Assembly (NCBI GenBank): GCA_950097015.1
Contig: CATNEN010000010.1
Span: 620,001 to 684,000 of the forward strand
Length of the DNA: 64,000 bases
Source of the DNA: Macrostomum hystrix
Lineage: Eukaryota > Animalia > Platyhelminthes
Direction: 5' to 3'
Part shown: positions 23,790 through 37,003 of the stretch, in pieces
How positions within the stretch are numbered: the stretch's first letter is position 1
Layout: each line of letters starts with the position of its first letter
The notes under the pieces: model-generated
The model's input: the letters and a program-made list of their open reading frames with translations, nothing else
Databases searched by the model: none
What the model was told of the DNA's origin: nothing
Translations under genes and position numbers: made by a program

Positions 23790-26700
23790 TCAGCCTCGGT
23801 CGGGCTCAGCCGAGTACATCACCACGTAGGGCGTCTTGGAGGCGGTCTCAGACGGGCTGAGCACTGCGGCCAGTTGGATGGCGCTCACCGGCCGCACAAA
23901 GTCGTCATCGAAGCTGAACCAGCAGCCGCTGCCGTCACCTTCGCCAGAGTCGGCGTTGATGCGCACCAGGCTGGTGTAGTGACCCGATGAGATCGTCAGA
24001 CCGTCGTGGATGATGACACCAAACAGCTGGTACCTTCAGGGGAGCATGGGGGGTCTAAAGTGACACTAAACAGTCCTCCCTCCCCGATTCCCCAGCTGGT
24101 CCCATCCTCCCTGATTCCCCAGCTGGTCCCATCCTCCCTGATTCCACAGCTGGTCCCATCCTCCTTGATTCCACAGCTGGTCCTATCCTCCCTGATTCCA
24201 CAGCTGGTCCCATCCTCCATGATTCCCCAGCTGCTCCCATCCTCCCTGATTCCACAGCTGCTCCCATCCTTCCTGATTCTCTCACCTTCTCTCCCGGCCT
24301 TCTGGCTCGCGGTGCTGAAAGTGGCAGGGAATCTGCACGGGGTCGTTGATCTTCGTGACGCAGCCACGGCTGTCCAAGCTGAACCGCTTCAGGTGCAGGC
24401 AGACAACGGCTGGCAGGCAGCCGTAGGTAAGCCGCAGGCTGGCCTCCTGCAGTTCGTTGCACCTTTCGCACAGGAATTTGTCCTCACCGGTCAGTCGCTC
24501 CTCTTCTTGAAGGGCGCAGTGAGGAAACGGCAGCTCAGCGCCTGAATCGGAGTCTGGATGGATGCACAGGGGGACACGTCACTGTTCATTGTCGCAAATT
24601 CCTAGCTAGCCGTGATTCCGGAAGCTTAGGCTTAAATACTGATATTATCATATATATATATGAAGTTTCCAATAAACTTAACGTACTACTTTTAACACGT
24701 CAGTAGTATATACTGATATTATCATATATATATATGAAGTTTCCAAGAAACTTAACGTACTACTTTTAACACGTCAGTAGTATATACTGAATGCATTGAA
24801 ACAAAAAACTCGATTTCCCTCGATTGCAGTTGAAAGCAAAGCTCAGTTTGTTTCACTACTCTGAGCATGACCCCAGGCCGGCACCTAGCAAAACAGCTCA
24901 ACAAAACCAACTCACCTGTAGACATGTTAAGCTGGCCATCCGGCTCGGCAACCACGGTGCGAATTCTGACATCGCCGCATACCTGAGGCTCGAAATTGCC
25001 TGCTGAAGCGTTGGCGCCAGCGGCAGACGCTGACGAGTGCCGCTGGCGCTTTACCGGGCAGCTGATAATGTTGAATGGCTGGCATTTGACGGTCTCGGCT
25101 TCGCATTCCAGGCACCGGGTGGTGTACTGCTGCTGGCCTGCATAGGAAGGGTTGACTCGGTCGTTTAAAAAATATTATTAGGAGGGCTAATGCTGACCCA
25201 CACACAGACAGGTTAATGCTGTACTCACACACAGACAGGCTAATGCTGTACTCACACACAGACAGGCTAATGCTGTAAAAAGAGGTTAAGTTTGTAACGC
25301 TGTGCTCACAGAGAGGCTAATGCTGAAGGTAATTACACAGAGATCAAAATCAGGTTATTATACGAAGAATTCAATTCTCGCTATTCCCCAAGTCTCATTC
25401 GCATGATGGCCAGCGACGCAACTCACCAGTCATGCGGCTGGCCACAAAGTCGTGCATCCGGGTGTCCCCAATGTCCAGAGCTTCAATGCGGGCCAGAAGT
25501 TCAGCCAGGGAGAACTTCGGTCCGGCGCCAGAGGCGGACTCGGCCGACTCCGCAGCGGAGCTGGAGGCCGCGACATTCAAACAGGCGCCGGAAGAAGACA
25601 GCCGACGCCTCGGTCGCTTCAATGGCGAGGCTCCGAGATTCTCGTCATTGGTGTCGCCGGCGGCTGAGATGGCGGCAACGGCGGCGGAGAGCATCGGCAG
25701 CTGGGCTGAAGCGGGTGAGGTCTGCAGCGTGGCCGGGAGCAGCAGGGCAGGCAGGGCATCGCCAAGGGGCCGCTTAGCGGTGATGGCGGCAGAAGCGGCG
25801 GCCACGGCAGCGGAGGTAGCGGCGGCAGCCGCAGCAGCGGAGGCCGAGAAAGGTGAGGCAACCTGCTGGACCAGATTCTGCTGGCCCAGGGGCCGCCTAG
25901 GCGACTCGGCGTTCACCAGGCGTGCGTTAGTGCGGGCGCCACCGCGCAATTTAAACGCGTCAGCGCTGAACGCGCGATCGAAACCGTCAACGCTGCGGTC
26001 CCGGTTTCGGGAGAATGATTTCTTGGGTACCTGAAGATTCAGCAGAGGCTGCTGCTGCGGAGGCTCCGAGTCTGGCAGCTTAGATAGGCCGGGCAGGAGG
26101 TCGATGGCACCGTCAGGTTCTTCTTCCTCCGCAGCGCATGGGCTGCGCGGCGACGGCGGTGAGGGAGTCGAAGCGGCCCGATCCGCACCCGAGCCGGCGG
26201 CGGCGGACGCGGCTGAGGTCGAGACGGGCGGCGCATTGGTCGACAGAAACAGCAGGTCCTCGTCCTCAAAGATATTATTGACGCCAGCGTCAAAGTTCGA
26301 GACGGAGCAGGCATTATCCTGAGCCTCGTCGTCGTCAGCAAAGTCGTCAAGATGGAGGAGCGGCACATTTTTGTCGGCGGTGGCTGCAGTGGTCTCCGAC
26401 ATGGCGTCGTCACGAATTTCAGGAACGGCGAGGGCGTCGTCGAGACTACCAGCGCCGGCGAATCTCTGCGGCAGAGGCAGCATTCGGCTGCAGCCGCTGA
26501 CATTGCTAGCAACGCTGCTGGCAGCGAAGCGACCCGGCGCGTCGGCGGCGAGACCCCTGGCAAGCTCCACCAGTGAGGCGCGGAATGTGTGCAAATCGCG
26601 CAAGGCGGACTGCACAGCGTCCAACGCGCACAGCAGCAGCTCCTGGGCGTCGTGCTCCTCGCCAGGCGTGAACGCGCAATGGGCGGCACGCAGAATGCGC

Positions 26701-27691
26701 AGCAGCGGCATCGGCCGGCAGGTGCGGCGCTCAAGGCGGATAATACGGAACACCTACGGCAGGCGCGAATGATAGAAATTATTAATTCACTACAGGTTAA
26801 AATCCTGTTCTAGTCTGGCACTGACACCTGTTCTAGCCCTGCACTGACACCTGTTCTAGCCCTGCACTGACACCTGTTCTAGTATGGCACTGTCATCTGT
26901 TCTAGCCCTGCACTGAGACCTGTTCTAGCCCTGCACTGAGACCTGTTCTAGCCCTGCACGGCTGCACTGACACCTGTTCTAGCCCTGCACTGTCATCTGT
27001 TCTAGCCCTGCACTGAGACCTGTTCTAGCCCTGCACTGACACCTGTTCTAGCCCTGCACTGAGACCTGTTCTAGCCCTGCATTAGTTTGTCAAATGGCGC
27101 CAGCCAATTTTCGACTCTCACCCGGAAGAGACTGTCGGCGAATGCACAGGACTGCGGCAGGGCGAGCTTCTCCTGAGCGGACAGCGGTACGAGCTGCCAA
27201 GGTGGGAGGAGGGACACGGTAAATGTGTGTCGACATAAATACATTGTAAGTCATTTATATAGAAATACTAAAGTTTCAACGTGACGGGAAAAATATTGAA
27301 TAAAAACGTTACTCTTGAGCTGAAGGTCTGGTAAGTCCTTAATTACGTCAGATATATAATTAATTTATTTATCAAGCCAGCCTTACTTCCTTGAGAATGG
27401 ACCTAACTCGATCAACTCGGTGGATGAAGATGACTACTTTTTTTAGGTGTTCATAGAGACCAGGAGTATAGCACAGCACCTGGATCACTGCATTGGCATA
27501 GCAGGTGTTGCCTGAAATGTTGTACAGGAAAAAATGAAAAAAACAATAGAGCAACAAGTTTGAATACTTCAATTTGTAGGCTCATGATGATATTTAACAT
27601 TTGTCTACAGAATTTTAGAAATCTGAGAAAAGAAACACTTACCAAGGTTCTGCAGGCCACCTGGATAATTGTTGCCCTGTAGGTTGAGCAT
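23790..27691 (-). CDS. USP1: Ubiquitin carboxyl-terminal hydrolase, USP1-like; 7 exons
   Basis: Exons 27691-27643, 27511-27387, 27193-27122, 26753-25427, 25137-24916, 24541-24286 and 24033-23790, all GT-AG and frame-consistent. Cys box GLQNLGNTCYANAVIQVL, EHDAQE, TRCLECE, EERLTGEDKFLCERC, LHLKRF, His box IHDGLTISSGHYTSLV, WFSFDD, TPYVVMY. Confidence 0.9.
24076..24275. repeat. 27-bp minisatellite in the last USP1 intron
   Basis: Unit CCCAGCTGGTCCCATCCTCCCTGATTC x~7. Confidence 0.95.
24637..24790. repeat. 74-bp tandem duplication in a USP1 intron
   Basis: TACTGATATTATCATATAT.. at 24637 and 24711. Confidence 0.9.
26804..27080. repeat. 23-bp minisatellite in USP1 intron 3
   Basis: Unit CCTGTTCTAGCCCTGCACTGACA x~12. 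Confidence 0.95.
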
Positions 27692-29928
27692 GACAATTAG
27701 ATGGCCAATGAGATCTTGCCAACGACAGCAGTTTAATTTAATACTTAAACAGACAGGACAGCCCTCTCAGTTAGTTTTCTGGCTAGTAACTCTGTTTGAT
27801 GAGTGCTGAAGTAAAAATAGAATGAAACAAATTATTTGTAGTGATGACAATACATTTTAATGGTGAAATTATACTCTAAAGTAATAGAATTAGTTCATCA
27901 AATTTATATTAATAATTGAATGCTCATTATACAAGAAAGTGCATTGAATTAAATGAACAATGTTATAGCAAGCTAGATTATCTAATATAAAAAATGCAAA
28001 TTGTATATAATTCTTAACCACTTAAATAGGGAAATTTGAATTGAATATAATGTAACATATTTAATGTCATTTATCTATTACAATATAGGTTTTATTTCAT
28101 TGCATTATATATTCTTCATTTTTGTAATATAGGTCCCATTATTAAATATAAATCTATATATATAAAAGTGAAAACTCTGTGTGTGTGTGTGTGTGCAACC
28201 TTTTGTATAATATAAATTAAGGACTGTCTGATTTTAATAACCAACATTTTTTTAAATTCATATAGATATAATTTAATAGAAACCTACTTTAATAAAAAAA
28301 TTAATGACATTACAAAGAGTTCCATCAAAGCCATAAGAGATTTTTGTCTAAACAGTTAGTGCCCCCCAAGGGGGGCTTACTATGCTAGTAGCATGCTAAA
28401 GCTAAATGTGCATCAGACATCAGCAGTAGCTCTTGAAGCCATATTACAAAATAAAAGATAAAAAACTACTGCTATTGTCCCACTGTAGTCTGTTGCAGTC
28501 TGTTGTCATCCAATTGCATTTCATTGCAGTCCCATAGTGGTCTGTTGCAGTCCATTTTTGTGTTTACACTGACCCCTAGGCTGACCCCTAGCCTAAATAC
28601 TGCTTGCAAGATATAGTTCTGTACTTACAGAACTCAAGTCTAGATTCAACTGATTAGCAACATTTTTATGTTTCATATTCAGTGGCGCAACCAGGTTTCG
28701 CTTTAAGGGGGCGGTCCCATGGGCTGAAGGGGGCGGCCACCAGGTGGAGCGTGCTCTGTTTTTCTGTTTTCGCCCACCATTCTTTGGCCAATTTCAAGGG
28801 CTGGTAGGGTAGGGCCCAGATCATCAGATGATTTAAAAGGTTTAAAAAATCAGAATGCACGCACAATTATAATGAAAGCTTGAAAATTTATATATGACCA
28901 ATGGTCTTGGACTTGGTCTTTGGTCTATATACATTGGACTTGGGGGACACAGAATGAGATAAGGTAGTAAATTAAGAAGCATCTTGGCTTGCCCTTTGCG
29001 TACATTGCCCCGCAAGGTGAAGGGGGGCGGCCGCCACCCCTGCCCCCCTGGTTGCCCCACTGTCCATATTCATATTATGAATGTCATATTATGAGTACAC
29101 AGACCTCAATCCTATACCATAAATATAAATTATAATGTGATCAGAAGACTTTTAGCAAAAAATAACTTACAAAAATAAAATTTGCCGTCAGCCATTATTT
29201 AAATTTTAAAAGAAAGAGAAGAAAATATTTAGCACAGCAAGAAAAGCAGATAAAACTTTTTGTAAAACAGAATAAATGAAATCAGTGAAAAGCACATTTA
29301 TTTCCCTTTTTATCTGCTATAGGAAAATATATATTTAAGATTTCTTAGTACTATCAAGCCAACACCTTCGTTTTGGTATTATTTCCAGTCTTGATGTAAT
29401 TTTACGTCGCAACATCAATTTCCCTTTGCATAATTTGTTCCTCAAGTGTTTGACGCAAGATTGATACAACTGATAGAAACAAAAATAATAATCTCCTCAT
29501 AAAATCTTAAAGAGTAACGGTAAACTGACACTTGAAGTTTATGCGCACGTTGCTAAATTGCGTGCTAACGTAGATTTTAGTCCATTAAAATTGAATTTTT
29601 ATTAGAAAACGTAGTTTAAAACTAGAAAAATGTTGCACCCTTAAAAAACAAAAAATATTTCATAGATCTTATATCTATTGATGCCTACAATAGTTTACAA
29701 CTATTTTAGCTTATTACTGTCTACGCTTTCATATTACTAGTTTCTTTCATTTATTTAAGCAGGATTGTAATTTTTATCGATTGTTACATTTAAAATCATT
29801 AGCTTTCAATGATTTTAAATCAAGATTTCAAGGATCCGCTATACCGTTAGCCAAGATTGTTGTTGTCCACAGAACTTGCAATCGGTTTCATTGATTGAAG
29901 TATCCACATTTTTGCTAACAAATTAAAT
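27692..29928. promoter_or_regulatory. AT-rich divergent intergenic region between USP1 and ALDH6A1 (probable bidirectional promoter)
   Basis: Head-to-head start codons at 27691 (-) and 29929 (+). No specific motif established. Confidence 0.5.
28680..29062. mobile_element. hAT-type MITE, 383 bp
   Basis: TIRs CAGTGGCGCAACCAGG / CCTGGTTGCCCCACTG (1 mismatch in 16). Flanking 8-bp TSD TTCATATT / TCCATATT. No ORF. Confidence 0.85.
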
Positions 29929-32900
29929 ATGAATCGTCTTTTGGGTTTAAGGAAGGTAAACTTCTCCCTATTGCTCTTGATTAATTAGTGAATGTTAATT
30001 GTGAGCTTAATTCTTCTTGATGTAGATAGAACTTGAACTGTAAAGTATTTGAAATTTTTATTGCACCATGCTTATCAGAGTTACCACTTAAAAAATTATG
30101 CAAGTTATAACACTTAACACTTATTTTGTTTGATCTGCAGCTAAACCTGAAGATTTTGAGCATCATTAAATGTTTATTTTTTATAGCATCTTCTTGAGCA
30201 GATTCATTTTAGTAAAAACATCATTTATCAGTTAAGAATAGGTATAGTTGTGTGTTAGATTCTGCAGATGTTTGATTATCTATTATATTCTTGTTAGTTT
30301 TCCTCATTTGGTATCCTACAAAAGCTAAGACCTTGCATATAATGTAGAATATAGAGAATAGATTTCTATTTACTATTAATATAACTAGGCCTACTAAATA
30401 GTTACTTTGCTAAAATAAGTTTTTAAGTATGAATCACTTATTATACTCAAACTCTACATGTGAATGGCATTCTAACCTTGATTTGCATTACCAAATAATG
30501 TCTTTTCATATTAAGCCTATATTACTCATAAACCTAATTTAAGTAGTAAACTTATTTTCTATATTACTTTGACTCCAGCTGATAACTTTACTTAACTTGT
30601 TAGATAAAGCATAAAACGCATTGTCATTTGACTTCTTAGGTATCGGTCCTTGCAAGGTTCTGTCATCACCACTCAGTTCCCACCACCAAGATGTTCATCG
30701 ATGGAGAATTCGTCGAATCCAAGACCAATAGCTGGATTGACTTGCACAACCCAGCCACCAATGAGGTCCTGACCCGCGTACCCAAGTCCACAGAGGCGGA
30801 GATGAATGCTGCTGTTGACTCCTGCCGCACCGCCTTTGAGTCCTGGCGCAAAACCACTGTGCTCACTCGGCAGAGTCTCATGTTTGAGCTGCAGCGCCTC
30901 ATCAAGCGGGACATGAAGAAGCTGGCTGAGAGCATCACCGCCGAGCAGGGCAAGACTCTAGCTGATGCGCATGGCGATGTCATGCGCGGCCTGCAGGTGC
31001 GCGATTGCCGATTTTGGAAGATTAATTGCTATGGCTGCAGTTCTGATGGGATGGCAGATTGCTTGATCTGCAGTTCTGATGTGAATGGCAGATTATTTGA
31101 TCTGCAGTTCTGATGTGAATGGCAGATTGCTTGATCTGCAGTTCTGATGGGTATTCATATTGCAGATTAGCTAATAAAAGAATGGCCAAGGGTTCCTTAA
31201 TTATTGTAAAAGTGAGTGGTGAACTGGAACTCGCCTGGCCAGGTGGTGGAGCACTGCTGCAGCATCACTTCGCTGCAGCTGGGCGAGACCTTGCCGGGCA
31301 TCGCCAGGGACATGGACACGCACACCTACCGGGTTCCGCTGGGCGTCACCGCTGGCATCACCCCGTTCAACTTCCCGGCCATGATCCCGCTGTGGATGTT
31401 CCCGTTGTCGCTGGTGTGCGGCAACACCATGCTGCTGAAGCCGTCTGAGCGGGACCCGGGCGCCTGCATGCTGCTGATGGGCCTGCTGCAGGAGGCGGGC
31501 TTCCCCAAGGGCGTCGTCAACGTGGTCCACGGCGCGCACGAGTCTGTGACCTTCATCTGCGACAATCCGCACATCCGGGCCATCAGCTTCGTGGGCTCAG
31601 ACCGGGCCGGCCAGTACATCTACGAGAGGGGCAGCAGGGCGGGCAAGAGGGTGCAGTGCAACATGGGCGCCAAGAACCACGGCGTGATCCTGCCCGATGC
31701 CAACAAGGCCCAGACCATTCAGGTGCGTGGCGTGAGGACTCTTACCAAGTTTCAGTTTGCTTTTTTAGGTGAAACAGCTGAAATTCGTGGTATAAAACTA
31801 GAAAATATTTTTAAACGAAAAATAAATCTGAATTTTAAAAGGAAAAATCTAATTTCTAGAACACTAGAACTTCTTTTAATAAGAATAGTCCCGTTTATAG
31901 AGGCAAAAAATCACAGGTAACTTACTCTTTCTAAAAAACAAAAAGTAACTGGAGTAACCTCTTTCTAGGAACCGAAAAATAAATGTACGCTCGTACAATT
32001 CCATTACTTTGGAACATAAAATCCCTTATAAAAATCCCGTTTCTAAAAAATAGAAGTGTTGCTTCATAACGCATTCTAAAAGGAAATCCCATTGACAAAT
32101 CACGGGCAAGCAAATTTTATGAAGACAGCCCTCATTTGAATTCTCCTAACAGTCTCTTGTTGGCGCCGCATTCGGAGCCGCCGGCCAGCGCTGCATGGCG
32201 CTCAGCACCGCCGTGCTGGTTGGAGAGGCCCGCAACTGGCTGCCAGAGATTGTCGCCCGCGCCAAGGAGCTGCGAGTTGGGCCCGGCACCGAGCCCGGCG
32301 CCGACCTGGGCCCCGTGATCTCCCCGGAGGCCAAGTCTCGTATCCTCAGCCTGGTGCAGTCTGGCATCAGTGAGGGCGCCGAGTGCGTCCTGGACGGCCG
32401 CGACCTCGTTGTGAAGGGCTACGAGAAGGGCAACTTTGTAGGGCCCACCATTCTCACGAAGGTAACAAAACTGCTGCATAGAATTCTTTTAATCAACTAC
32501 CCACTCCACATTCCATTCCCCGCTCCGTATTCCCCTCTCCGCATTCCCTTATCAATCAGGTATTCCCCACTCCGCATTCCCCAATCCGCATTCCCCAATC
32601 CGCATTGCCCAATCCGCATTCCCCAATCCGCATTCCCCAATCCGCATTCCCCAATCCGCATTGCCCAATCCGCATTCCCTTATCAATCAGGCATTCCCCA
32701 CTCTGCATTCCCCAATCCGCATTCCCTTATCAATCAGGTATTCCCCACTCCGCATTCCCCACTCCGCATTCCCCAATCCACATTCGGGTCACCCTGACCG
32801 CAGGTGAAGCCCAGCATGGAGTGCTACCGGGAGGAGATCTTTGGTCCGGTGCTGCTGTGCCTGGAGGCGGACACCCTGGATGATGCCATCGAGCTCATCA

Positions 32901-33190
32901 ACGCCAATCCGTACGGCAACGGCACGGCAATCTTCACCAACAGCGGCGCGGCTGCCCGCAAATTCACGGAAGAGATCGATGTCGGCCAGGTGGGCGTGAA
33001 CGTGCCCATCCCGGTGCCGCTGCCAATGTTCAGCTTCACTGGAAGCCGGGCCAGCTTCCGCGGCGATCAGAACTTCTACGGCAAGCACGGCGTGCACTTT
33101 TACACGCAGCTGAAGACTGTCACGCAGCTCTGGCGCGCCGAGGACGCGGTGACCAGCGCCTCGGCCACCGCCATGCCCGTGATGCGCTAA
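29929..33190 (+). CDS. ALDH6A1: Methylmalonate-semialdehyde dehydrogenase (acylating), mitochondrial; 5 exons
   Basis: Exons 29929-29955 (MNRLLGLRK, transit-peptide-like), 30640-30996, 31243-31722, 32153-32461 and 32804-33190. Motifs [38 protein letters not shown] (catalytic Cys), [22 protein letters not shown]. Confidence 0.96.
31035..31150. repeat. Short tandem repeat (~33-36 bp x3-4) in ALDH6A1 intron 2
   Basis: Recurrent CTGCAGTTCTGATG..ATGGCAGATT. Confidence 0.85.
32500..32785. repeat. 14-bp minisatellite in ALDH6A1 intron 4
   Basis: Unit CCCCAATCCGCATT with CTTATCAATCAGG interruptions. Confidence 0.93.
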
Positions 33191-33930
33191 ACCCCTGCGA
33201 GGACTCTTCTGCGCTCCGCTTCATTGGGCTTGGTTGAATGTTGGCGATAGAGTTAGACCCATCCTACTCATCAGTAGCATGGTGCAGATTTCCTTGTACG
33301 AAAATAATAACTGTTTCATTATACATACCTACCACAGTGAGTTACAGCCTTGATAATCGTGTCCATTGATTCAGTTTTGTGGGGCTTCTCCAAACATCAG
33401 CATCAGCCATAGCAACCTCGCCCCGTGCCATTCGGTACAACAATAGTGACCCAATGTACATGATTGAGCAGTAGTGAGTACACTCGTTGTTCTAGCCTGC
33501 ACACCGCAGAATTCCTCAGCTTTCTGGGCCTGTGCTCATCATGGCGTTCTGATTCCCCGCCCCAGTTGCCATGGTTTCGGTGGAATACATTTTTTCCATA
33601 ATTTTTTCGCTTGCGATCGTTGTCGATGAAACATTTGATCTGCAAAAATAATTTTTTTCCTTGGATGTCATTCTTTTCATAAGCAATATTTTGATTGAAT
33701 TTGGCGCCACTATAATTAGAATTTATAAATTATTAGAATTATATATCTCTCGACAAAAATAAACAAACGCCTATTGATTCATGCAGACGCCTACGCGCTA
33801 ATCCCATTTTCTGAGCACTACTCATCCATTTTCGATTGCAGCTTTGAACTTTCTGCTCCAAGTTTTACTTTTGGGGCAGATTCTGCATTAATTCGGCTTC
33901 CACTAACTGCCCATATAAGTTCCATAATAT

Positions 33931-34650
33931 GACTGGGTTCCATCCTGAGACTGGGTTCCATCCTGAGACTGGGTTCCATCCTGAGACTGGGTTCCATCCT
34001 GAGACTGGGTTCCATCCTGAGACTGGGTTCAATCCTGAGACTGGGTTCCATCCTGAGACTGGGTTCCATCCTGAGACTGGGTTCCATCCTGAGACTGGGT
34101 TCCATCCTGAGACTGGGTTCCATCCTGAGACTGGGTTCCATCCTGAGACTGGGTTCCATCCTGAGACTGGGTTCCATCCTGAGACTGGGTTCCATCCTGA
34201 GACTGGGTTCCATCCTGAGACTGGGTTCCATCCTGAGACTGGGTTCCATCCTGAGACTGGGTTCCATCCTGAGACTGGGTTCCATCCTGAGACTGGGTTC
34301 CATCTGAGAGATTGGGTTTAATCCTGAGGCTGGGTTCAATCCTGAGACTGGGTTCCATCTGAGAGATTGGGTTTAATCCTGAGGCTGGGTTCAATCCTGA
34401 GACTGGGTTCCATCTGAGAGATTGGGTTTAATCCTGAGGCTGGGTTCCATCTGAGAGATTGGGTTTAATCCTGAGGCTGGGTTCCATCCTGAGACTGGGT
34501 TCCATCTGAGAGATTGGGTTTAATCCTGAGACTGGGTTCCATCCTGAGACTGGGTTCCATCCTGAGACTGGGTTCCATCCTGAGACTGGGTTCCATCCTG
34601 AGACTGGGTTCCATCCTGAGACTGGGTTCCATCTGAGAGATTGGGTTCCA
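33931..34650. repeat. 18-bp minisatellite (GACTGGGTTCCATCCTGA)
   Basis: Perfect run, then mixed variants. Confidence 0.97.
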
Positions 34651-35460
34651 TCCACTGCTGAGAAATCGCAAACAAGGATTTCAAAAGCAGTTAGTAGTTC
34701 TTAAATGCGCCCTGGCAGGCCTTGCACAATGGCCGAGTGAAAATTAAGTGCCAGGTGTTTGTTTGAGGTGCTTGGCTGAGTTCGCTATTTCTCTGGTAAT
34801 TACAGTTTTTTGCTGGATTGCGACTTCTTAAAAATGAAGGGCTATAGATAAGTGCTAATAATATACTGCAGGTGTTGTATGCAAAGCTTGAAGTGTCCTG
34901 GACAAGTTCATCAGCAGTCTGTTGAATGGTCAACAATGCGATTCTGTCCATTTGGACATTATAATTAACTGTCCAGCCATATTGGAGAACATCAGTGATC
35001 ACAGTCAGATCTGTCATCGGGTCAGCCCTGCTTGAGAGAAGAAGAAAGAGGAGAGCCTGGCTTGATTGAGAAGACTCACACGCAAATGCGATTTAAATTC
35101 TTGACACAGTTCCGGCACAAACGAATTGAATTTAACGTATTATACTCGTACTTCTGCTAAAGAAGACTGCGCAGAGGAAATTGTAACTGACTGATTTCTC
35201 AGAACGAAGACAGAGCCTCTCCGCTCGTAAATTATTCTTCATGTTTGGATTAGTGAGAGTAAAGGTAGGGGGTTTTTCAAGAATTCCAATTTAATTCTGC
35301 GATTTATTATTCGAAATTTCACAGCCCGAGCGTGAAAATTCCCATACGGGATCTGATCCGTTTTGGGATCCCGCCTGTCGAAGCTTTAGTCTGCTATAAT
35401 CCGCTGCATGGTCGATATCGCAGGCTGGCAGAATTTGAAGTGGCGGGTATGATACGACAG

Positions 35461-36007
35461 GTTTGAGGTTTGAGGCTTGTGAGGGGCAGGTTTGAGGTGG
35501 TGGGCTTGTGAGGGCAGGTTTGAGGTGGTGGGCTTGTGAGGGCAGGTTTGAGGTGGTGGGCTTGTGAGGGGCAGGTTTGAGGTGGAGGGCTTGTGAGGGC
35601 AGGTTTGAGGTGGTGGGCTTGTGAGGGCAGGTTTGAGGTGGCGGGCTTGTGAGGGCAGGTTTGAGGTGGAGGGCTTGTGAGGGGCCGGTTTGATGTGGTG
35701 GGCTTGTGAGGGGCAGGTTTGAGGTGGAGGGCTTGTGAGGGGCCGGTTTGATGTGGTGGGCTTGTGAGGGGCAGGTTTGAGGTGGTGGGCTTGTGAGGGG
35801 CAGGTTTGAGGTGGTGGGCTTGTGAGGGGCAGGTTTGAGGTGGCGGGCTTGTGAGGGGCAGGTTTGAGGTGGAGGGCTTGTGAGGGGCCGGTTTGATGTG
35901 GTGGGCTTGTGAGGGGCAGGTTTGAGGTGGAGGGCTTGTGAGGGGCAGGCTTGAGGTGGAGGGCTTGTGAGGGGCAGGTTTGAGGTGGTGGGCTTGTGAG
36001 GGGCAGA
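35461..36007. repeat. 28-29-bp G-rich minisatellite
   Basis: Unit GGCAGGTTTGAGGTGGTGGGCTTGTGAG(G). Confidence 0.96.
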
Positions 36008-36656
36008 ATTTTTCAGGCAGAGCTTTGAGACAAAGCTCCTAAAGCGTTAACTATTGTCTAGTAGGCTGATCTGAATGAATAATAGAATAATGGAATTATT
36101 GAACTGGAATAGAAGCCTAGCTAAACATGTCAAGCAATTTCTGTTTTTCTAACACTGTTTAAAGATTCTGGAAATTCCGTTTCTTCTTATCAGAAAAATG
36201 CACCACAAGAAGAATTTCGACAGCAGTCAGGTTATAAAAAGCGCCGACTAATTCACATTATTGGCTAGGGCTGGAGCAGCTGCTCGCTGCCACCTCACAC
36301 TGAGGAAGCCAGTTGTGCTTGAAAATTCTTCTGACCGGTACTCTGATAGGGAGAGGATGCAGCGGGGCTCCAGCCAGTCAGGGCCGACTATTGAAGCTCG
36401 CCAAAGGTCGAAGACAGTTGGTTGAAAGTCTGCATGTCTTCTTCAAATCTGTACACCGCTGAGAAGCAGGTAGAATCGAACGGCAGCGCGGACAGGCGTC
36501 AAGCATCTCTTCAAGTTTCTCGCCGTTGTTCGATATCAATTTGAGGCTGTCAACTAGTTCTTGTCACTCTCTGAAGTACTCCGGAATCAGCTCAAAGCAT
36601 TCACTGATCACTCGAGTAAGTCCATGTCTCTATATGACCATTGTCACTTCAGGTGG

Positions 36657-36922
36657 TCCTTGTCACACTATATAATCCTTGTCACTCCATATGATCCTTG
36701 TCATGTGATCCTTGTCATGTGATCCTTGTCATGTGATCCTTGTCAATCCATGTGATCCTTGTCAATCCATGTGATCCTCCTCACTCCATATGATCCTTGT
36801 AATGTGATCCTTGTCATGTGATCCTCGTCACTCCATATGATCCTTGTCACTCCATATGATCCTTGTCACTCCATATGATCCTTGTCACTCCATATGATCC
36901 TTGTCATTTGATCCTTGTCACT
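36657..36922. repeat. 14/19-bp minisatellite just upstream of the GPCR
   Basis: Units GATCCTTGTCACTCCATAT and GATCCTTGTCATGT. Confidence 0.93.
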
Positions 36923-37003
36923 CTACATAATTTGAATCCCTGCTCACACCAAGCGACTCTTTGTCACCCAAAATAGCTCATCATTTTGAACGCTCAGATC
37001 GGC

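Noticed and set aside
34691-35017. 108-aa minus-strand ORF MTDLTVITDV..
   Set aside because: No recognisable domain, AT-rich codon usage and no supporting splice structure.
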